Of a stretch of DNA of 64,000 nt, positions 1 to 8,961 are shown piece after piece. Every line of letters begins with the position of its first letter. Position 1 is the first letter of the stretch. The stretch spans positions 1,536,001 to 1,600,000 of the forward strand of contig CAVYGN010000001.1 in assembly GCA_963768055.1 (NCBI GenBank). Direction: 5' to 3'. The translations under genes and the position numbers were made by a program. The notes under the pieces are model-generated. The model saw only the letters and a program-made list of their open reading frames with translations. It did no database searches and had not been told where the DNA came from. The DNA is from an uncultured Spirochaetota bacterium. Lineage in GTDB: Bacteria > Spirochaetota > Brevinematia > Brevinematales > JAOACQ01.

Positions 1-357
1 GCGGGGAACAGAAATAATATCATGACCCTTCCTATATTAAGCCTTAAACCGGCGAACGAATTTTATGATTTTGAGGCGAAATATACCAAGGGTCTCACTG
101 AATTCGAACTCCCCGCAAAGATGACTTTAGAAAAAGAAAAAACGATTTTAAAATTCGCTGAAACGGCTTTCAGGGAAATGAAACTTTCAGGAGTTGTCCG
201 TTTTGACGCGATAATCGACGATAATGAAAATCCCTATTTTTTGGAAGTGAATACAATCCCGGGAATGACTGAAACCAGCGATATTCCGGCAATGGCCAGG
301 GCAGCCGGATGCTATGACGAACTGCTGATAACGATTCTCGACAGTTCGATAAAATAG
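1..357 (+). CDS. ddl: D-alanine--D-alanine ligase, C-terminal part (truncated by window edge)
   Basis: FYDFEAKY, RFD, FLEVNTIPGMTETS motifs; frame open from base 1; upstream of ftsQ. Confidence 0.92.
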   Translation, partial: AGNRNNIMTLPILSLKPANEFYDFEAKYTKGLTEFELPAKMTLEKEKTILKFAETAFREMKLSGVVRFDAIIDDNENPYFLEVNTIPGMTETSDIPAMARAAGCYDELLITILDSSIK

Positions 358-365
358 GAATAACA

Positions 366-1076
366 ATGGGAAAGGCGTTGTCTTCATTTATCATATTCGT
401 GTTCTTTACGGCTTTTCTTGGCGGTCTTCATTACGGAATGTACTATCTGCTTTCCAGGCAGGGAAGGTTGAACCTGTCCGAAATACGTATCGAAGGCAAT
501 AATCTTCTATCCGAAAGGGCGGTCATCGAAGCCTCCGCCCTCCTTCCCGGCAGAAGCATTTTCGGCCTTGATCTAAGGCAGGTCGAAGACAACCTGAAGA
601 AAAATTACCTTGTCGAGGGTGCAATAGTGGAACTTTTACCGCCGGATAAAGTTCTTATCAGGGTAAGCGAGAGAGCTCCGGCCGCGGTAATAGCCGACAG
701 CACTAAAAAAGGCTTCATATGTGATGGAAACGGCCATATTCTTGCTAATGGCTACTTGCCCGAGCTTCCGGTGATCCTGCTCGATTATGCCATTTCCGAT
801 GAAAAGACAATCAGCGACGGTTACATTCTCGCTCTTCTTGATAATCTATCCGGGTTCGAAAGGAAAAATGAAATTGGAAGGATAATTGTGAAAAAAAACG
901 AGGGGACTTCGATCATTATTAAAATCCTCGCCGGTACGGTTTTCTTTACGGGAAAGAGCATTCCCGACAGGGATTTATACAATAAGATCCTCAGTACCGC
1001 TGAAAAAATCAAGGCTAAAGGCCTGAAAATAAAGTATATCGATATTAATAAGGACAGCGCTATCGGTTACGAATGA
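366..1076 (+). CDS. ftsQ: Cell division protein FtsQ/DivIB (POTRA domain)
   Basis: N-terminal TM, IEGNNLLS...RVSERAP POTRA signature, ddl-ftsQ-ftsA-ftsZ synteny. Confidence 0.85.
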   Translation: MGKALSSFIIFVFFTAFLGGLHYGMYYLLSRQGRLNLSEIRIEGNNLLSERAVIEASALLPGRSIFGLDLRQVEDNLKKNYLVEGAIVELLPPDKVLIRVSERAPAAVIADSTKKGFICDGNGHILANGYLPELPVILLDYAISDEKTISDGYILALLDNLSGFERKNEIGRIIVKKNEGTSIIIKILAGTVFFTGKSIPDRDLYNKILSTAEKIKAKGLKIKYIDINKDSAIGYE

Positions 1077-1099
1077 TATCGGTTCCTTGGGAGGCTGCT

Positions 1100-2335
1100 T
1101 TGGAAACCCGCACTGTTGTCGGTCTGGATATCGGCACAACAAAAGTCTGCACCGTGATCGCCAAGATCGGTGAAACCAACGACCTTGAAATAATGGGGGT
1201 CGGCATCGCGCCTTCAAAGGGTTTGAGAAAGGGCGTGGTCATTAATATAGACAGTACGGCAGCGTCCATCGCGGCTTCAGTAGAAAAAGCGGAAATCCAG
1301 GCCGGCTACGAGGTAAAAGGAGTTTATATAGGGATATCGGGCGGCCATGTCGAAGGCATCAACAGCAAGGGAGTCATCGCCGTATCGGATAAGAATAAGG
1401 AGATAACCGAGGCCGATGTAAGAAGGGTCATTGACGCCGCGACTGCCATTGTCATACCCGTCGACAGGGAAGTGGTCCATATAATCCCCCAGGAATTTAT
1501 AGTCGACGACCAGGACGGCATCAAAGACCCTGTAGGAATGTCCGGGATACGCCTGGAAGCAATGGTAAATATCATAACAGCCGCAGCGACTTCGGTGAAT
1601 AATATAGTTAAAAGCGTCAATAAGGCCGGTTTTGACGCGCTCGATATAGTTCTGGAACCGCTTGCTTCGGCGCAGGCTATCCTTACCGAAGAGGAAAAAG
1701 AATTGGGAGTCGTCCTTATAGATATCGGCGGAGGAACCTCCGATTATGTTATATATGAGGAGGGCAGTTCGAGGCAGACAGGCATACTCTCGATAGGCGG
1801 AAATCATATAACTAACGATATAGCCTTCGGCTTGAAAACCCCGATAGTTTCAGCGGAAGAAATTAAAAAAAGATACGGCGCTTCCATCGCCGAATATATA
1901 GACGACAATGAGGAGATCGAAGTGCCCGGCCTGGGCGGCAGAATGCCGGCTGTGGAAAAAAGGCGAAAATTAGTGGAAATAATCGAGCCAAGGATCGAAG
2001 AGATCCTTTCGCTTGTCAACCAGGAAATAATAAAAACAAGAAAAAAGGATTATCTGGCCGCAGGTGTTGTCCTCACAGGCGGCGTCGCTATGACTCCTTT
2101 TATAGTCGAACTCGCGGGGGAGGTTTTCAACCTTCCAGTAAGGATCGGCAGGCCTCTTGGCATCAAGGGCCTTAAGGATATCGTAGACAGCCCGGTTTAT
2201 TCCACCGCTGTCGGCCTGGCCCTTTACGCCCAGGATAATTTGCCGAAACTAGGTCCCACAAATTCCAGGGATGACGATAAGAACTTCAAATCCATTATAG
2301 AAAGGATAAGGGAATGGTTTAACGAGTTTTTTTAG
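1100..2335 (+). CDS. ftsA: Cell division protein FtsA
   Basis: VGLDIGTTK, DIGGGTSD, VLTGG motifs; TTG start at 1100 chosen from the upstream GGAGG. Confidence 0.96.
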   Translation: METRTVVGLDIGTTKVCTVIAKIGETNDLEIMGVGIAPSKGLRKGVVINIDSTAASIAASVEKAEIQAGYEVKGVYIGISGGHVEGINSKGVIAVSDKNKEITEADVRRVIDAATAIVIPVDREVVHIIPQEFIVDDQDGIKDPVGMSGIRLEAMVNIITAAATSVNNIVKSVNKAGFDALDIVLEPLASAQAILTEEEKELGVVLIDIGGGTSDYVIYEEGSSRQTGILSIGGNHITNDIAFGLKTPIVSAEEIKKRYGASIAEYIDDNEEIEVPGLGGRMPAVEKRRKLVEIIEPRIEEILSLVNQEIIKTRKKDYLAAGVVLTGGVAMTPFIVELAGEVFNLPVRIGRPLGIKGLKDIVDSPVYSTAVGLALYAQDNLPKLGPTNSRDDDKNFKSIIERIREWFNEFF

Positions 2336-2410
2336 GGCGCTTCTAATATAACCTACGGGCTCCTTCGGCACTCTTACGAGCACAGGCCCTACGGATATTA
2401 GAATTGTCCC
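2335..2410. mobile_element. Short MITE-like element (GGGC-TIR family) between ftsA and ftsZ
   Basis: GGGCGCTTCTAATAT...ATATTAGAATTGTCCC imperfect terminal inverted repeats; flanks TTTA/TTAA. Confidence 0.55.
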
Positions 2411-2443
2411 TTAATCAATATAAATCGGAAAAGGGAGGGAACC

Positions 2444-3640
2444 ATGGCATATGAGAGATACGAGCAGGAAAGGTACCAGGAGGCAGCACCAGCATACGAG
2501 GGGGAAGAATCGCTTACCAGGATAAAGGTTATAGGCATCGGCGGCGCGGGCTGCAATGCGATCAACAGAATGATCGAGGACGGAATCAGCAACGTCGAAT
2601 TTGTCGCGGTAAATACCGACGCCCAGGTTTTAAAGAATTCGCTCGCCAAAAATACCCTTCAGATAGGGGCGCGTTCAACGAAGGGTCTTGGCGCGGGGGC
2701 GAAGCCCGAAGTCGGTGAAAAGGCCGCACAGGAGGATATTGAAGAAATAAGGGCCCTGCTTGATAAAACTAACATGGTCTTTATTACGGCGGGAATGGGC
2801 GGAGGAACCGGAACCGGCGCAGCTCCGATATTCGCAAAAGTGGCTAAGGACATAGGAGCCCTGACGGTAGCGGTAGTCACTATACCGTTCGATTTCGAAG
2901 GAAAAAGAAGGATAGATACTGCATACCATGGAATCGCAAGGCTTAAGGAACATGTCGATACGATGCTTGTTATCTCAAATTCACGTATTTTTAAGGTCAT
3001 CGAAAGAAAAGCGGGCGTAAAACAGGCCTTTAATAAGATCGACGACGTGTTAAAGCAGGCAGTCCAGGGGATCTCGAGCATAATCACCGAGGTCGGAATC
3101 ATCAATGTGGATTTCGCGGATGTTAAAACTGTCCTTTCAAGCCGCGGAGAAGCAATAATGGGAATTGGAATAGGCCAGGGCGACGACAGGGCGATAAATG
3201 CGGCGCGGGGCGCTCTTGAAAATCCTCTTATCGAGAATTCATCATTTAAAAACGCCGGAGCGATGCTGGTAAATATCATCGGGGGGCCGGATTTCGGTAT
3301 GGTCGAATACGACGAGGCCGCTAAAACCATAGCGGAATATTGCAGGCCCGACGCGGAAATCATCGTCGGCCTTAATGTGGACGAGAGCCTCAAAGATAAA
3401 GTCAGGATAATAATAATCGCGACGGATTTTACATCCAGCCAGACCCGTGAGAATGAAAAGGAAATAATACCCGCTGAAAATATTTTCGAGGAAAGGAAGG
3501 TGGTTTCATTATCGGAGCTGCGCCATGAACGTGGTAAAATCAGGAGCCCGCAGAACACAGGGTCGATCCACAAGGTAGTTTCCCCGATATCGGACGATTA
3601 CGAAACACCCGCTTTTTTAAGAAAAAGGAAAATGGGTTAA
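2444..3640 (+). CDS. ftsZ: Cell division protein FtsZ
   Basis: GGGTGTG tubulin signature, NTDAQ, INVDFADV, C-terminal TPAFLRK. Confidence 0.98.
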   Translation: MAYERYEQERYQEAAPAYEGEESLTRIKVIGIGGAGCNAINRMIEDGISNVEFVAVNTDAQVLKNSLAKNTLQIGARSTKGLGAGAKPEVGEKAAQEDIEEIRALLDKTNMVFITAGMGGGTGTGAAPIFAKVAKDIGALTVAVVTIPFDFEGKRRIDTAYHGIARLKEHVDTMLVISNSRIFKVIERKAGVKQAFNKIDDVLKQAVQGISSIITEVGIINVDFADVKTVLSSRGEAIMGIGIGQGDDRAINAARGALENPLIENSSFKNAGAMLVNIIGGPDFGMVEYDEAAKTIAEYCRPDAEIIVGLNVDESLKDKVRIIIIATDFTSSQTRENEKEIIPAENIFEERKVVSLSELRHERGKIRSPQNTGSIHKVVSPISDDYETPAFLRKRKMG

Positions 3641-3749
3641 GGGCAGTTGTAATAACTTAAGAATATCACCCTATATTCCAACAAGAGCAGTGTATTTTCT
3701 AATATTTGCCCTATGGGCGCTTCCTATCTGAAGGTTTTTAGATGCGCCC
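3641..3749. mobile_element. MITE-like element (GGGC-TIR family) filling the whole ftsZ/ruvC gap
   Basis: GGGCAGTTGTAATAAC...GTTTTTAGATGCGCCC, TTAA on both sides, internal GCCCTATGGGC. Confidence 0.7.
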
Positions 3750-4250
3750 TTAAACTGACGCCTTACGGATCCTTTCACGGAATTTAATTGCGCTGATGCC
3801 TGAAAACGCTATCGCGATAGCGTCGGAAATATCGTCAGGTCCCGGTATTCCCGCTATTGAAAAGATCATTTCAACGGATTTTCTTATCTGCGCTTTATCC
3901 GAGCGGCCGTAGCCGGTCACGGCCATTTTGACCTGAAGCGGGGTGAATTCATAAAGAGGCAGGCAGTGCCTGGCCGAGAGGAGTATTATAATTCCCCTCA
4001 ATTCGCTTATTTCAAGGGCTGTTTTTACATTTTTTGCGAAAATAATTTTTTCCATGGCAATGAATTCGGGTTTTCGTTCGCAAATAAGTTTTTCAAGATC
4101 CTCGTAGATTTGAAGGAACCTGACAGGTTTTTCAAGCCTTCTATCAGTTGATATTAGGCCGTATGATATTAAATTTAAATTGTCGTCAATCGATTCGATA
4201 AATCCATACCCCAACCTGTCATATCCGGGGTCAATACCAAGCACGATCAT
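3750..4250 (-). CDS. ruvC: Holliday junction resolvase RuvC
   Basis: LGIDPG, FTPLQVKMAVTGYGRSDKAQ, DDISDAIAIA. Confidence 0.96.
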   Translation of the reverse strand: MIVLGIDPGYDRLGYGFIESIDDNLNLISYGLISTDRRLEKPVRFLQIYEDLEKLICERKPEFIAMEKIIFAKNVKTALEISELRGIIILLSARHCLPLYEFTPLQVKMAVTGYGRSDKAQIRKSVEMIFSIAGIPGPDDISDAIAIAFSGISAIKFRERIRKASV

Positions 4251-5437
4251 TTAACCGCCTTTTTTCTACAGCAGGCAGTTTTCAAAACCAGCCATTCGGC
4301 TATATCTTTTTTACTTCCTTCCATACACTCGCCGCCTTCAGATTCCCCTGAAAAGAGTTCGACCCTGTTTTCATCTCTTCCCATAGGCGAAGTATTATTT
4401 TGTATGTCTATCATATTCAAAGCGATAAAGTCAAGGTTCTTATCCCTTAATTTTTTTAATGCGTTAACTGCACCGTTATCGGATTCCAGGGCGAAACCTA
4501 CGGTCAGCTTACCGTTACCAATGCCTGAAACGGATATTTCCTTTAAAATATCAGGCGTTTTTATCAGTTTGATCTCCCGGGCATTTTCTTTTTTTATTTT
4601 ATCCTCGCTGTATGAATCGGGTTTAAAATCAGCCGGAGCCCCTGCCATATAGAGACCGTCGAATTGAGGCAGGTTTAACCTGACAGCTTCAAGCATTTCC
4701 TCTGCGGAATAGGCCTTGACAGACGGTATCCATGAAGGCAGCGGAATTGAAATATTGGAATAAATAAGCAGGACTTCCGCACCTTTCCTGAAAAGGGATT
4801 TTGCAATCTCTATCCCCATTTTGCCGGATGAAAAATTGGAAATGTACCTTACAGGATCGATCTTTTCAATCGTACCTCCTGCAGTCACAAGAAACCTCAT
4901 GCCTTTAAGAGGTTCGTCGACATCCCTGCTGATTAACGCAAAGATTTTATCTTCAGGAGGGAGCCTTCCTCTGCCGGTTGTCCCGCAGGCAAGATCCCCG
5001 TTGTCAGGCATGACGACAATATAACCAAGGCTTGATAATTTTTGAAGATTTTCATAGCTGGCCCTGTTATCGAACATCCTTGTGTTCATCGCCGGAAACA
5101 GTATTTTCCTTTTATTAAACGCCAGCATCGAAGTTGTCAAAAGACTGTCGGCAAAACCTGCAGCGATTTTAGCAAGAATATCGGCGGAGGCGGGAACAAC
5201 GGCGAAAACATCAGCCCAATCCGAGAGCCTGATATGTGCAAGGGGTTCGCGCATATCGAAATCTTTTACAAATACCTCTTCCCCTGAAATAGCCTTAAAA
5301 AGTAACGGATTAACGAGTTTAGCCGCATTCCTCGTCATTATTACCCTGACAATATGTCCATCCCTCCTGAGCAGCCTGATAACTGTCGGAATTTTATAAA
5401 TAGATATGCCGGCGCTTATGCCGAGAAGGATTTTCAT
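4247..5437 (-). CDS. coaBC: Bifunctional phosphopantothenoylcysteine decarboxylase/synthase
   Basis: PAMNTRM, LACGTTGRGRL, TAGGTIEKIDPVRYISNFSSGKMG, VGFALES. Confidence 0.95.
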   Translation of the reverse strand: MKILLGISAGISIYKIPTVIRLLRRDGHIVRVIMTRNAAKLVNPLLFKAISGEEVFVKDFDMREPLAHIRLSDWADVFAVVPASADILAKIAAGFADSLLTTSMLAFNKRKILFPAMNTRMFDNRASYENLQKLSSLGYIVVMPDNGDLACGTTGRGRLPPEDKIFALISRDVDEPLKGMRFLVTAGGTIEKIDPVRYISNFSSGKMGIEIAKSLFRKGAEVLLIYSNISIPLPSWIPSVKAYSAEEMLEAVRLNLPQFDGLYMAGAPADFKPDSYSEDKIKKENAREIKLIKTPDILKEISVSGIGNGKLTVGFALESDNGAVNALKKLRDKNLDFIALNMIDIQNNTSPMGRDENRVELFSGESEGGECMEGSKKDIAEWLVLKTACCRKKAVK

Positions 5438-5439
5438 GG

Positions 5440-6639
5440 CTACTTCCTGCTTTGTACTTTTATCCACTTCAGCAGAATATAATAACTGTTGTCTTTTACT
5501 ACGATGCTGTATATGTTCCCGTCGTTGTCCACATAAAAACCGAAATTTGCTGTATTATCGGATAATACAGGCGCATAATATATCTCTTCATTTTTTTTAG
5601 GCGAATTAATGTCGATAAACCTGAACCGGATGCCATGATATTTTTCAATATAGGAATAAAGGACAAGAATATCGTCCCTGGTCACCTTTAGAAACTGGTC
5701 CATATATCTTTTACTCTGAAATATATTTTTCGTAATAGCGTTCTGTAAAATGCTGTAAACATCAAGGGAATGATATGTATTCTCAGGCATACCTGTATTC
5801 GACACGCCGTTTTGAATGCCGTAGTAATCCGTATAAATTATCAGGCGTTCGTCATTTTTCAAATTATAGATATCGCCCACCTGTCCCACATAAATGTTTT
5901 TACCCCTGACATTGGTCGATGATATATATCTCGTACTGAATTCAAAAGAAAGCTCCCCGGAGGGAGAAAAGCGCTTCACAAGCCATACGGTATCGTCACC
6001 GTCATATTGCTTATAAAAAGCATAGAGATTATCGAACAGGTCCGTGTCGATCCTCTCCGGATAAGTCATAGGTTCCGAATGTATGCCGTTGTTTCCAATC
6101 GCATAAATAAATTTACCGTCTGTCGAGAATTTGTATATATAGTAATTGCTGCTCCCCTTGACCGCATTGGTATCAATAAAATTCGGATCGCCCGCTGTGT
6201 TAGTATCAAATTTGCTTTCAATATTGGATTGAGAAGCCAGCACGTATATTTCTCCGTATTTATTCAGGATTACCTGGAATGGAATATTGAAACTGTACCC
6301 TTCGCCCGAAGCGGGGATTGAAGATATTTTAGCTTTTTCCCCTCCCCCTTTCATAGAAAATATGGATATTCTTTTATTGTATACGTCAGCCAGGTAAAGT
6401 TTGTCCCTGAAAATATCGAATTGCTTGGGAATATCTATATAATCCCCGATGAAAACTTCCGAAGAATTTGTATAATAGTTGGTCAGCAGGGGTATATTAC
6501 TGCCGATTTCATCAAACCCCGAGCCCAGGGGCGCGTAAAAAACTATCTCATACTGCATGAAATTGGGCCTGTCGGTGCATGACGATAAGGCTATGGCTAA
6601 CACTGCAAGGCAGATTAAAATATTAAAGTGTTTTTTCAT
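5440..6639 (-). CDS. Putative lipoprotein with beta-propeller/NHL-like repeats
   Basis: Signal peptide with lipobox-like LSSC; LYLADVYNKRI and YKFSTDGKF NHL-like segments. Confidence 0.6.
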   Translation of the reverse strand: MKKHFNILICLAVLAIALSSCTDRPNFMQYEIVFYAPLGSGFDEIGSNIPLLTNYYTNSSEVFIGDYIDIPKQFDIFRDKLYLADVYNKRISIFSMKGGGEKAKISSIPASGEGYSFNIPFQVILNKYGEIYVLASQSNIESKFDTNTAGDPNFIDTNAVKGSSNYYIYKFSTDGKFIYAIGNNGIHSEPMTYPERIDTDLFDNLYAFYKQYDGDDTVWLVKRFSPSGELSFEFSTRYISSTNVRGKNIYVGQVGDIYNLKNDERLIIYTDYYGIQNGVSNTGMPENTYHSLDVYSILQNAITKNIFQSKRYMDQFLKVTRDDILVLYSYIEKYHGIRFRFIDINSPKKNEEIYYAPVLSDNTANFGFYVDNDGNIYSIVVKDNSYYILLKWIKVQSRK

Positions 6640-7760
6640 TACTTGACCTTTTGATAATATGATGCGGCTAAACCATTAAGAATTTCCACTCCTTTTTTTA
6701 AAACTTCGTCTTTTGTCGCGAAGCACAGGCGGAAATTTGTGTTGACTTCTGAAAATACGTTGCCCGGGATTATAAGGACTTTGTTCTTTATCGCAAGTTC
6801 GACAAAATCCGTTACATTTCCGCCCTTTAACTCCGGGAACATATAAAAAGCCCCTGAAGGTTTGACGATATTGAAGCTGTCTTTCAGGCCGTTGTAAATA
6901 ATGTCGCGTTTTTTTGCATAGCCCTCGCGAAATTCGGACATATCAATGTCGAGAGCGGCGACCGCAGCGTATTGAAAAGGCGCTGGAGCGCAAACAAAGG
7001 AATATTGCTGAATTTTTATCATCTGGGCTATTAAATCGCTGTTGCCTACAGCATAGCCCAGCCTCCATCCAGTCATTGCATAGGTTTTTGAAAACCCTCC
7101 AAGAATGAGTATGTTATCATAATGCTGCGCCGGGCTTATAAACGCATTGTCGTAAACAAAGCCGTCATATATTTCATCTGTGATCAAAAGCAGGTTTTTT
7201 TCCCTGGCAACCTTAATGACGGTTTCGAGGTCTTTATTATCGTATACATAACCCGTGGGATTGGAAGGACTGTTAATAATGATCGCTTTGGCAGCAGGGC
7301 TTATCGCGTCTCTTAAAGTTTTCTCGTTTATCCTGAAATCCGGATAGGTGCTGACGATTACAGGTTTAGCGTCTAGCAGCCTTGCCAGGTGTTTATACAT
7401 GGCAAAGTATGGATCGAAAAATACGATTTCATCGCCCGGATCAAGAATTGACATAAGCGCAAGCAGTAAACCGCCCGATGTACCGGAAGTGATGATCACC
7501 TCGTTTGAAGAAAATTTCCTGTTCCTGGTTTTTTCAATATAGGCAAGGACCTTTTCCCTTAATTCCCCGATGCCCTGGGTCAGCGTATACCTGTTAAATC
7601 CTTTCCTTATAGCGTCGATAGCGACTTCCTTCAAGACGTCAGGGACATCAAAATCAGGCTGGCCGATACTGAAATCGATGGGATTTTCTATCATCGATGC
7701 CAGTTCAAAAACCTTCCTGATCCCTGAAGAATCAACCCGTTTGGCTCTTTCTGAAATCAT
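6639..7760 (-). CDS. PLP-dependent aminotransferase class I/II
   Basis: IGQPDF, NSPSNPTG, DEIY, GFSKTYAMTGWRLGY. Confidence 0.93.
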   Translation of the reverse strand: MISERAKRVDSSGIRKVFELASMIENPIDFSIGQPDFDVPDVLKEVAIDAIRKGFNRYTLTQGIGELREKVLAYIEKTRNRKFSSNEVIITSGTSGGLLLALMSILDPGDEIVFFDPYFAMYKHLARLLDAKPVIVSTYPDFRINEKTLRDAISPAAKAIIINSPSNPTGYVYDNKDLETVIKVAREKNLLLITDEIYDGFVYDNAFISPAQHYDNILILGGFSKTYAMTGWRLGYAVGNSDLIAQMIKIQQYSFVCAPAPFQYAAVAALDIDMSEFREGYAKKRDIIYNGLKDSFNIVKPSGAFYMFPELKGGNVTDFVELAIKNKVLIIPGNVFSEVNTNFRLCFATKDEVLKKGVEILNGLAASYYQKVK

Positions 7761-7878
7761 ATCCGCTCCCAGATTTTCATTTTTTAATTTATTATTCTAT
7801 TTCATTTTCCAAATAAAATCAATTTACAGAACTGCGGGGTAAAATTTCACAGGAAGGAACACAGAGTAACAGAGAGGT

Positions 7879-7941
7879 TGTCATTTCGAGGAGCCCGGCA
7901 GGGCGACGAGAAATCTTCCCAAAACGCTCCTCGAAATGACA
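7879..7941. repeat. REP-like palindromic element, copy A
   Basis: Perfect 16-bp IR TGTCATTTCGAGGAGC...GCTCCTCGAAATGACA with internal CGACGAGAAATCT. Confidence 0.75.
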
Positions 7942-8006
7942 TCTTTACATATGGTTTCTTGGAATTATTCCTTGATTTATCTCTGTTTTCAAAATAAAAT
8001 AAGATT

Positions 8007-8624
8007 ATGCTGAAAATGATTTTCGATTACTTCATTACATTGCTCGTTATTATCGATCCGTCTGTGTCTCTTGTAATCCTGCTCGCTCTCCTTCCGCAAT
8101 CGACAGATAAAAACACAGCAAGGATAGCATTAAAATCATCCCTTGCAGTCCTCATAGGATGTTCCGTCTGCATTCTTCTCGGCACCCTGGTTCTTCAGAT
8201 TTTCGGGGTCAATTTCTCGTCGTTCAAGGTCATAGGGGGTATTATTCTGCTGCTGCTTGCTATTCAGATGGTGCAGGCGAAGATCAGTACAACCCGCTAT
8301 ACTGAAAAAGATATTACCGAGCGCCGTCAAAAAGCCGACATATCCGTTATACCCCTTGCGATCCCGGGAACACTCGGCCCCGGCACGATTACCACCCTGT
8401 TTATTTACCGCAGCCAGGCGGATTGGGAAGGCATTATCGCGCTTTTCATAGCGGTATTTATAAATTGCATGATTTTATATTTTGTAATTTCTTACGCAAA
8501 AAAAATTGAGAATTTTCTTGGAAAAACTATTATCAATATGATCACCCGGTTCATGGGATTGATGGTCGGCGCTATCGGAGTCCAATTCATAATCTCGGGT
8601 TCAAAGGAATTGTGGCTGAAATAG
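8007..8624 (+). CDS. MarC family integral membrane protein
   Basis: IIDP, GGIILLLLA, VIPLAIPGTLGPGTI, ITRFMGL motifs. Confidence 0.92.
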   Translation: MLKMIFDYFITLLVIIDPSVSLVILLALLPQSTDKNTARIALKSSLAVLIGCSVCILLGTLVLQIFGVNFSSFKVIGGIILLLLAIQMVQAKISTTRYTEKDITERRQKADISVIPLAIPGTLGPGTITTLFIYRSQADWEGIIALFIAVFINCMILYFVISYAKKIENFLGKTIINMITRFMGLMVGAIGVQFIISGSKELWLK

Positions 8625-8660
8625 TCGGCAGTCTACGCTGATGACTGCTGACTTTCGACT
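8623..8660 (+). terminator. Possible hairpin after the MarC gene, built from heptamer-like repeats
   Basis: AGTCGGCAGTC/GACTGCTGACT stem followed by a short T run. Confidence 0.35.
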
Positions 8661-8688
8661 GTTGATTCTGTGCCTGACTCTAATTTTC

Positions 8689-8717
8689 TTGATTTTTTAA
8701 TATGGTTTTATTATAAT
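8689..8717 (+). promoter_or_regulatory. Sigma70-like promoter for tRNA-Asn
   Basis: TTGATT-17 bp-TATAAT. Confidence 0.6.
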
Positions 8718-8770
8718 ATTTAATCATAAAGGGCGGTTCCTGCTAAGTTTATTCCGATCGCCCTAGTCTT

Positions 8771-8843
8771 TCCCCTGTAGCTCAGTTGGCAGAGCAGGTG
8801 ACTGTTAATCACCGGGCCGTAGGTTCGAGCCCTACCGGGGGAG
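8771..8843 (+). tRNA. tRNA-Asn(GTT), CCA not encoded
   Basis: Acceptor TCCCCTG/CGGGGGA, D arm AGCTCAGTTGGCAGAGC, anticodon arm GGTGA-CTGTTAA-TCACC, T loop GGTTCGAGCC. Confidence 0.95.
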
Positions 8844-8846
8844 ATG

Positions 8847-8883
8847 AGGCCCCGCTCCTTAATCAGGGCAGGGCCTTTTTTTT
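8847..8883 (+). terminator. Rho-independent terminator after tRNA-Asn
   Basis: AGGCCC...GGGCC stem followed by a long T tract. Confidence 0.65.
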
Positions 8884-8961
8884 ATCCCGCTTCAATTCAA
8901 TTTTCATGGATTCCGGGGCCGATAATTTTATTTGAATCTCTCTCCCTCTTAGGAGGTTTTT

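Noticed and set aside
2444..2510. YER/YEQ/YQE repeat at the FtsZ N-terminus
   Set aside because: Short, low-complexity and in a region known to be variable.
2659..3573. 304-aa antisense ORF, and similar shadow ORFs opposite uvrD, nifS, nifU and ispG
   Set aside because: They lie opposite well-conserved genes and show no recognisable motifs.
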